Origin: Thermoproteota archaeon
Lineage (GTDB): Archaea; Korarchaeota; Korarchaeia; Korarchaeales; Korarchaeaceae
Length of the DNA: 64,000 nucleotides
NCBI GenBank assembly: GCA_027492205.1
Contig: JAOZFN010000011.1
Coordinates: 96,001-160,000, forward strand
Direction: 5' to 3'
This document shows positions 57,367-64,000 of the stretch, one piece after another (positions within the stretch are counted from its first letter, which is position 1; the number at the start of each line of letters is the position of its first letter). Under the pieces are notes generated by a model. The model was not told the DNA's origin, searched no databases, and worked only from the letters and a program-made list of their open reading frames with translations. The translations under genes were made by a program, and so were the position numbers.

Positions 57367-58167
57367 TCACCCGCGGGAGAAGGTGAACGGCTTCTTTGTT
57401 ATTATGAACTCGCAGTACTCGTCTCCCTTGGCCCTGCAGGCCACCTCTTGGCCGAAGCAAGGGGCGCCAAACATCTCGGAGAAGAAGCCCGTCAGGACGC
57501 CCTTCAGGAAGTGGCACACCGGCTCGGGGGCTGGCTCTCCAGATTCGAATGTGTTCCACAGGCGAACCCTGGCGACGCTTTTCTTCACGTCGAGTTCCAA
57601 CACCTCCCCCCTCTCAATCCACCCCAGGACCACGATGACGTTCAACGCGGCCTCCGCCAGCGCCTTCCCCTCGAGGCCAAACCTCCTCCTCCACTCCGGA
57701 TAGCTCTTTCGACCGCCGTAGAGCCCGAGGAACTCGACCATCCTCTTGCCGTCGTCGCCCCACCTCTTGTACGCCTCCCTGAACACGTTGCGGAGCCAGC
57801 CCGCCCGCATCTCCACGACCGCGTCGGGCCCGAGGAGCTGGATTCCGTGGTGCACGTCGACGACCATGTCGCCCAGGTTGGCCTCGGAGACGTGGACCTC
57901 CCTTACCCCCCTCACGCCCGAGATCAGCTCCCTGAGCTCGCCCATGTCGACCCCCTCGCCGTCTATGAAGAAGCACCACCAAGCCACGTCTGGCCTGTCC
58001 GAGGCGTGGTGAACTCCCCAGAGGATGTTCACACCCTTATCGGCGAGGGCGCTCGAAACCTCCGCGATCCTGCCTGGAATGTTCTCCGCCAGGATGGATA
58101 TCTCAAGAATCCTTTTTCCCCCTGACTCGAAGAGCCTCGGGAAGAATAGATTATGCCTGTGTTCCAT
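57367..58167 (-). CDS. ACT plus V4R domain sensor protein
   Basis: ENIPGRIAEVSSALADKGVNI (ACT); FE..PVCHFLKG..EVACRAKGDEYCEF (V4R). Confidence 0.88.
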   Translation of the reverse strand: MEHRHNLFFPRLFESGGKRILEISILAENIPGRIAEVSSALADKGVNILWGVHHASDRPDVAWWCFFIDGEGVDMGELRELISGVRGVREVHVSEANLGDMVVDVHHGIQLLGPDAVVEMRAGWLRNVFREAYKRWGDDGKRMVEFLGLYGGRKSYPEWRRRFGLEGKALAEAALNVIVVLGWIERGEVLELDVKKSVARVRLWNTFESGEPAPEPVCHFLKGVLTGFFSEMFGAPCFGQEVACRAKGDEYCEFIITKKPFTFSRG

Positions 58168-58248
58168 CCCCTAAACCGATCGTTTTAGCCCCCCACTCGT
58201 TATTAAAGATAAAGGCGATCCTTCGCGCGCGGAGCGCCCGTTGAGGGT

Positions 58249-59010
58249 CTACCCGACCCTTCTCCCCACCAGTATCATCCTGGGGCTCGTAACTGAGTAC
58301 GGCGAAGCGTTGTAGTCACCGTACGCGGCCTGAACCTCCAGCCCAGCCTCCTTCATTAGCGCAGTGAGTTCTCTGAGCGAGTAAAGCCTGAGGCTAATGC
58401 TCCTCTCCCCCTTGAACTCCCTGGATTTGAAGAAGATCCTCCTGTCGGTGATCCGGCCGGCCTCCAGGTCTAGGATCTCCTCCCCCAGGACCAGGAGGTC
58501 TCCCCAGCCCTCCCACCACCTCCACCTCTCGGATCCGTGGGCCGCGGCCAGGGCGACGAGCCTCTCCCTGTTCCTAACGTCGATCAGGAGCCTCCCGCCA
58601 ACCTTGAGGGACGAGGCCGCCTCGCTGAGCACCCTCACGTTGTCCTCATCGTCATAGAACCCGAAGCTCGTGTAGAACATGTAAGCGCCGTCGAACTCGG
58701 ACCTCCACGGCATGTGCCTCATGTCCCCGGGTACGAAGTCAACCGAAACCCCGAGTTCTTCCGCCTTTGCCCTCCCTATCTCTAGGTACGCTGGATTTAT
58801 GTCCAGCCCTACTACCTGGAGCCCCATCTCGGCCAGCACTACCGCGTGCCTGCCGTAGCCGCAGCCTATGTCCAGCACCCTGTCTCCGGGCTTGAGGTCA
58901 AGGGCCTTTACGATGAACTCGGCCTCTCTCCGGGTCTCGTCCTCCGGGTGCTTCCTCTGCTGGTACTCCATGTACAGCTCGTCGAAGTATGACAGGATGC
59001 CCTCGGCCAT
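58249..59010 (-). CDS. Class I SAM-dependent methyltransferase
   Basis: VLDIGCGYGRH, GDMR, TSFGFY, LKVGGRLLID; ATG at 59010. Confidence 0.9.
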   Translation of the reverse strand: MAEGILSYFDELYMEYQQRKHPEDETRREAEFIVKALDLKPGDRVLDIGCGYGRHAVVLAEMGLQVVGLDINPAYLEIGRAKAEELGVSVDFVPGDMRHMPWRSEFDGAYMFYTSFGFYDDEDNVRVLSEAASSLKVGGRLLIDVRNRERLVALAAAHGSERWRWWEGWGDLLVLGEEILDLEAGRITDRRIFFKSREFKGERSISLRLYSLRELTALMKEAGLEVQAAYGDYNASPYSVTSPRMILVGRRVG

Positions 59011-59074
59011 CGCGGCCCCTCCGGTGTGGGACCATATAAGGAGGGGCGCCGGGGCTGGGGGCCGGGAGTCAAAG

Positions 59075-59926
59075 ATGTTGACCATTCCCCCCGAGGTCAT
59101 GGCCCTGGCCAACGCGGCCCTGACCGGCTTGACCCCCGTCATACTGAAGGGGCCCACGTCGAGGCGCGATCCCGCCGCGCTCAACCTTGTGAGGTTCGCG
59201 ACGGCCACCCTAGTGCTCGTCCCACTGGCTTGGAGCGACCTTCGTAAGGCTGACACAAGGCTCTTCGTGCTGGGAACCGTGGCGGCGATCCTCGGGCCCG
59301 GCCTGGCGTGGTACATCTACCTGAAGGCGCTGAGCCTCACCGACGTGACGGTGGTGTCGCCGCTCACCAACGCCTACCCCCTCTTCTCGGCCCCCATATA
59401 CCTGCTGGTCTCGGGCGTGTCGCCGTCCCCTCAGATCGTCGCCGGGACGATCGCTGTGGTGCTCGGCGTGGGCCTCGTCGCTGGATCGGACAGGCCTCGG
59501 GGCGGCGGAAGGATCTCTCTCGGGGCGGTTCTCTCAATCGCTGTGGCGGCCATCTGGGGGCTCAACACGGTCCTGTTCAAGCTCGCCCTCTCCGGGGGAG
59601 GCGCCCTCGCCCTCGCCGCGCTGAGGGCGTCGGTTGCGACGGCGCTGCTGGCGGCGATCGTACTCCTCAGGGGGAGTCTGGGGCTCTCCCCAGCCGACGC
59701 AGCCGCGGCCTCCGGCGTCGGCCTGCTGGGGGACTCTCTTGCCATGGGCCTGATGTTCTTGGCCCTTGACCTCGGAGATCCCTACATAATAGTACCCCTC
59801 ACGGCTACCACTCCGATCTTCGCATCCGTATTCGCAGGCGGCCTTCTTAGAGAGAAGTTCGGGGCGCGGAGAGTTGCTGGGATACTCCTCACCACACTCG
59901 GGGGCGCGACGCTCGGTTCAGCCTAA
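59075..59926 (+). CDS. EamA/DMT transporter
   Basis: About 10 TM helices in two repeats; VSPL..YPLF and LLREK. Confidence 0.88.
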   Translation: MLTIPPEVMALANAALTGLTPVILKGPTSRRDPAALNLVRFATATLVLVPLAWSDLRKADTRLFVLGTVAAILGPGLAWYIYLKALSLTDVTVVSPLTNAYPLFSAPIYLLVSGVSPSPQIVAGTIAVVLGVGLVAGSDRPRGGGRISLGAVLSIAVAAIWGLNTVLFKLALSGGGALALAALRASVATALLAAIVLLRGSLGLSPADAAAASGVGLLGDSLAMGLMFLALDLGDPYIIVPLTATTPIFASVFAGGLLREKFGARRVAGILLTTLGGATLGSA

Positions 59927-59975
59927 ACTCCGCCGACCGAAATACGGTTAATTTATCGACCCCATTGGCAGCGGC

Positions 59976-61280
59976 GTGCGAGACCCTGGCCGGATCGCGG
60001 CTGCGACATGCGTCGTCTGGCTCGCAGCCGTGGCCGGGATGTACGTCTACTACAGGTTCTGGGATTGGGCCCCTCTGAAGAGAGTCGACCCGATCGACGT
60101 GATGTTGGAGTCGGGGAGCATCGCGATACTCGCGATGGCCCACATCTCCTCAATCGTTCTCAAGAGACTCGGCGCCGGGGAGGTCTTCCCGGGGTGGGGG
60201 GCCCTCCACCTCATTTCAGGCGTCGTGCTCTCCGGACTCGTCAGCGACCTCCTGGACGAGTTCTACAGGCTCCCCAAAATGCTGATGGGGCCGGCCCAGA
60301 TAATCCCCCCGATCTTAGGGACGTTCCTAGTCGTTCACCTGATGAGGGGATGGTACGAGATGTATCCAGAGACCCGCCGGGTGAGGTGGGACATCAGGCT
60401 TCTCCTAACCTTCTTAACCCTCTACTGCTCATCTCTCGCCATCTCAGCCATCCTCGGTCGAATGGGGAGCACCCGACCGTGGACGTTGGAAGATGCGGGC
60501 GGCGATATACTCTACTTCGCGTTCGGTCTCGCGCTAGTCCTCGCCCTCTACCTGTACACTGGTGAGGCCATCCACTACGTGCCGATTCAGCTGATAGTTG
60601 GGGGATTCTCTCTCTTGGTCTTGGTCCCGCTTAATGAGCTGATGAGATCCGCCATGGGGGGAATTGATCCTCTAGTCGACACAATCGGCCGCGACTTGGC
60701 CCCAGCGGTGTTCTACGCCTCCTTCTACATGGCCTTCGTGGAGGCCTTCAGGCGGGCCGCCTGTCCGCAGGCCCTGAGGGTGCCAAAGGTCTACGAGGCG
60801 GTCAGCCTCATGAAGATCAGGCCGAACTCGGACTCCTGGCCTTCGGCGGTCAGCGCGATCAGAAAGCTCTCGGAGTCGAAGGGCATGCCTGTCGTGCTCC
60901 TCACGAGGCCGGGCTCGCCGCTATTCACGATCGCCCACAAGGAGGACCTGCCGAAGGTTTACGTCCTGCTCAGGCCAGGCGCCTCCTTCAGGAAGATCGA
61001 TGAGTCCACCTATGAGGTACCCCTGGAGCCGGCGTTCCTTGAGGGGGTGCTCAGGGACATTCTGAGGGGTCAGGAGAAGAGGGCTCTGGTGGTCTTCGAC
61101 TCCATCACGGACGCCATCGCCCTGCTGGACAGGAAGCGCGCCTACGAGCTGATACGCCGACTGTCCGACCTGATAAAGGAGAAGGAGTCCTCCGGGGTCT
61201 TCATAGTTGTGCCGGAGGCGCACGACGAGCAGACGCGGGCGCTGATAGAGAAGATGTTCGAGAGATCCTCCGAGGTGTAG
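59976..61280 (+). CDS. Multi-TM protein with C-terminal DUF835 domain
   Basis: About 8 TM helices, LLTRPGSPL..YEV..VVFDSITD..AYELIRRLSDL..PEAH. Confidence 0.65.
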   Translation: MRDPGRIAAATCVVWLAAVAGMYVYYRFWDWAPLKRVDPIDVMLESGSIAILAMAHISSIVLKRLGAGEVFPGWGALHLISGVVLSGLVSDLLDEFYRLPKMLMGPAQIIPPILGTFLVVHLMRGWYEMYPETRRVRWDIRLLLTFLTLYCSSLAISAILGRMGSTRPWTLEDAGGDILYFAFGLALVLALYLYTGEAIHYVPIQLIVGGFSLLVLVPLNELMRSAMGGIDPLVDTIGRDLAPAVFYASFYMAFVEAFRRAACPQALRVPKVYEAVSLMKIRPNSDSWPSAVSAIRKLSESKGMPVVLLTRPGSPLFTIAHKEDLPKVYVLLRPGASFRKIDESTYEVPLEPAFLEGVLRDILRGQEKRALVVFDSITDAIALLDRKRAYELIRRLSDLIKEKESSGVFIVVPEAHDEQTRALIEKMFERSSEV

Positions 61281-61383
61281 CCCTCAAGAGATTTTACGGT
61301 CGCCGGAGGGGTTTCGCCGAAGTTGGGCAACTACATCTCGCATCTGGATATATTCTGCCCCCGCGAGGGGACGCGGAGGGTGA

Positions 61384-62418
61384 ATGGACAGCCAGACTGA
61401 GCTCATACCCACAGAGGTGTCGCTTGAGATCGTGAGGTCCAGCAGACTCGAATCTCCGCTTGTGAGGGCTGACAGGCTCTCTAGAGTGATGGGGACCGAG
61501 GTGCACCTCAAGCTCGAGTCCAGGAACCCGAGCGGGTCTCAGAAGGACAGGGCGGCCCTGGCGAACGTCCTCTACGCGGAGAGGGAGGGCAAGCGGGTCG
61601 TGACCGCCGGGACGTGCGGGAACTACGGCGCCGCCCTGGCCTACTACGCCTCCAAATACGGGCTCGAGGCTCACATATTCATTCCCGCCGGCTTCACGGG
61701 CAGGCGAGTGGCGTACATGGAGTCGTTGGGGGCCCGCGTGGTCAGGGTGGAGGGGCACTACGAGGACGCCGTGGAGGCGAGCTCCAGGGTGGCCAGGGAG
61801 CGGGGCTGGCACGACGCCAACCCCGGGGGTCTGGGAGGGAGGCTGGGCATTCTCGGATACATGTCCATCGCCCGCGAGCTAGTAGACCAGCTGGGCGGCG
61901 TCCCGGAGGAGGTCTACGTTCCCGTGGGGAACGGTACCACCCTTGCCGGAATATGGCGGGGGTTCCTGGAACTGAGGAGGGAGGGCGAGATATCGAGGCT
62001 CCCGAGGATGATCGGGGTCACGACGAAAGCGGGGAACCCCGTGCTCACGTCATTTCAGAAGGGCCTCAGCAGGGCGGAGGAGCTCGATCCGTCGAGGATA
62101 GTCGAGACGGAGATAAACGAGCCGCTGATTAACTACAGGGCCTACGACGGGGACGAGGCTCTCCGGGCCATCTTGGATAGCGGGGGCGCCGCGTACGGCT
62201 ACGCGGACAGGGAGCTCGCAGTGGCGGCGCGGCTCTTCGCCGAGTTGTCCGAGGTCAGGCCGATTCCCGCGTCTGCCTCGGTGCTCCTCCCCGGGATCTC
62301 GAGAGAGCCGCAGGGCGAGGGCCCGTGGGTGCTGGTGATCACTCAGGAGGAGGACGTCGCCGTCGGCCCCGGGGCCGGTGCCGACTTTAAGGGCACGACC
62401 CGCCCGTCGCCTCGGTAG
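61384..62418 (+). CDS. PLP-dependent threonine synthase-like enzyme (fold type II)
   Basis: KLESRNPSGSQKDR, GTCGNYG, PVGNGTT. Confidence 0.85.
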   Translation: MDSQTELIPTEVSLEIVRSSRLESPLVRADRLSRVMGTEVHLKLESRNPSGSQKDRAALANVLYAEREGKRVVTAGTCGNYGAALAYYASKYGLEAHIFIPAGFTGRRVAYMESLGARVVRVEGHYEDAVEASSRVARERGWHDANPGGLGGRLGILGYMSIARELVDQLGGVPEEVYVPVGNGTTLAGIWRGFLELRREGEISRLPRMIGVTTKAGNPVLTSFQKGLSRAEELDPSRIVETEINEPLINYRAYDGDEALRAILDSGGAAYGYADRELAVAARLFAELSEVRPIPASASVLLPGISREPQGEGPWVLVITQEEDVAVGPGAGADFKGTTRPSPR

Positions 62419-62420
62419 AG

Positions 62421-63188
62421 TTGGGCAGGATCAGGTTCATCTTGGCAACCAGGGGAGAGTTCTTCGGGCTGGACGACCTACTGGACGACTCAGACGTGCA
62501 GGAGAGCCTGATCGCTCTCAGGCGAAAGATTATCGGCCTGGATAGCCTCCCCGAGAAGGGAAGGAGGCTCTTGGAGCTGGGTCTGATCACCGACGAGGGA
62601 CTTGCGTTCCCGATGGTGCTGGATGAGGACTACCGGACACTGAGGAGAGACGTCGAGGCGCTCGGTGAGGATATCTCAGGCGAGGTCGAGGACTCCCTTG
62701 CGGACTCGGTTGACTCGAGGGAGGAGAGGTGCGCTGCGGTGCTGGGCGAGCTGGACGCGGCCCTCGACGCAGCGCTCGTTGAGGGGCAGGGGCTCAGGCC
62801 GCTCAGGCTCGCGCGGGGGGAGGTGTTCATATGCGGATTCGAGGGGGCCCGGGGGCCCGCGTTGACGTCGGAGTGCCACGAGATCGAGGGCGGCCTGAGG
62901 TGCATGGTCGAGTACGGGGAGGGCGGGGAGGTCGTGAGGGCGACCCTCGGGAGAGGCTCCGCGGCCTCGGCCGAGTCCCCCCTGATGACGGAGCTGGCCG
63001 ACAGGATCTCCCGCCTGTCCGTCGAGAGGGCCGGCCTCTGGGCCAGAGAGCTGGGGTTCACCGGCGCGAAGGGAAACCTCTTCGCCTACGGGTTCTCGAA
63101 GCTCGTCTACGAGTCGATCGTCTCGATCCTCTCGAGGAGGGGGCTCCTGCCGGGGGCGGTCAGGCTGGTGTATGAGGTCTACTGGTGA
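62421..63188 (+). CDS. Hypothetical protein
   Basis: 2 bp after the upstream stop; genic codon usage. Confidence 0.6.
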   Translation: MGRIRFILATRGEFFGLDDLLDDSDVQESLIALRRKIIGLDSLPEKGRRLLELGLITDEGLAFPMVLDEDYRTLRRDVEALGEDISGEVEDSLADSVDSREERCAAVLGELDAALDAALVEGQGLRPLRLARGEVFICGFEGARGPALTSECHEIEGGLRCMVEYGEGGEVVRATLGRGSAASAESPLMTELADRISRLSVERAGLWARELGFTGAKGNLFAYGFSKLVYESIVSILSRRGLLPGAVRLVYEVYW

Positions 63189-63203
63189 GCGCCGCGCCGG
63201 GGT

Positions 63204-63989
63204 TCAGGTCAGGCGACTGAACACGTTTGCCAGGGCTCTAACCCTCTCCGGGTCAACGGGGTTCTCCGTGACGCCTCCCTCCTTGAGCCAGGTGCCCACT
63301 ATCGCCCCGTCGGCCCACCTCAAGAGCTCGACCGCGTTGTCGGAGGTTACCCCGCTCCCGACTAGCACCGGCCTGTCTCCCGCCGCCTCCTTGGCCCTCC
63401 GCACCTTCTCGGGCTCTGGGGGCCTGCCCGTCTCGCTCCCCGTCACCACCACGCCGTCCGCCCTCCCCCTGACCAGGGCGGCCCTCACAACCTCCTCCAA
63501 GCTCATTCCGTGCAGGGGCGTGGCGTGCTTGCACATCACGTCGGCGAGCACGAGGACGTCGGACCCCAGAAGCCTCTTGAGCTCCTGAACCTCAGCCGCG
63601 GCGGGCCTCAGGATCCCCTGATCTGAGGCGAGGACCTCCACGTAGGCGTTGCACCTGATGAACCTAGCACCCGACGCCTCTGCCACGGCGACGGCGGCCG
63701 GACAGTCGTTCCGAAGGACGTTGACGCCGGCGGGTATGTCGACCTCCCGGGCAACCCTCGAGGCAATCGCGGCCATGGCAGCGACGACGGCGGGGCCGAC
63801 TCTCTCCCTGAACGGGGAGTCGCCGTAGTTCTCAACGATCAGGGCGTCGGACCCGCCGGCCTCCAGGGCCCTAGCGTCTCTGATGGCCCTGGAGATGATT
63901 TCGGCCATGTCCCCCGAGTAGCGGGGGGATCCTGGGAGCGGAAGCAGGTGAACGACGCCTATCAGCGCCTTCTTGGAGCCGAAAAGCAT
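63204..63989 (-). CDS. BtpA/SgcQ family TIM-barrel protein
   Basis: IGVVHLLPLPGSP, VENYGDSPF, GVNVLRND, DVMCKH, VTGSETG, GSGV. Confidence 0.93.
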   Translation of the reverse strand: MLFGSKKALIGVVHLLPLPGSPRYSGDMAEIISRAIRDARALEAGGSDALIVENYGDSPFRERVGPAVVAAMAAIASRVAREVDIPAGVNVLRNDCPAAVAVAEASGARFIRCNAYVEVLASDQGILRPAAAEVQELKRLLGSDVLVLADVMCKHATPLHGMSLEEVVRAALVRGRADGVVVTGSETGRPPEPEKVRRAKEAAGDRPVLVGSGVTSDNAVELLRWADGAIVGTWLKEGGVTENPVDPERVRALANVFSRLT

Positions 63990-64000
63990 CCCGCCTACTC

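Noticed and set aside
1-64000. CRISPR array, rRNA, tRNA or intact transposase
   Set aside because: No regularly spaced repeats, RNA-gene signatures or DDE/HUH motifs found by eye; short or intron-split RNAs could have been missed

Overview
High-GC archaeal chromosomal segment, about 60 intact CDSs. AGG/ATA-rich codons, TATA-like upstream boxes, GGTGA/GGAGG ribosome-binding sites, tungsten FOR, isopentenyl phosphate kinase and archaeal AsnA point to a thermophilic TACK archaeon, possibly Korarchaeota-like (inference). Content is mostly metabolic and transport: mevalonate genes, nucleoside salvage, a MoxR operon and three ABC systems. I found no rRNA, tRNA or CRISPR array. Highlights: (i) a MacB/FtsX-type ABC operon with a 749-aa YhgE/Pip-like coiled-coil surface protein; (ii) a nurA-herA pair without mre11/rad50, divergent from a DUF429 nuclease and an MBL hydrolase; (iii) dispersed signalling parts (two membrane-DUF835 paralogues, Roadblock, two V4R proteins); (iv) several decaying genes, including an Asp-for-His heme-copper oxidase (gNOR-like), a reductive dehalogenase, a K+ channel and a tyrosine integrase next to TA genes. 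All family calls come from recognising motifs by eye; no database search was run.
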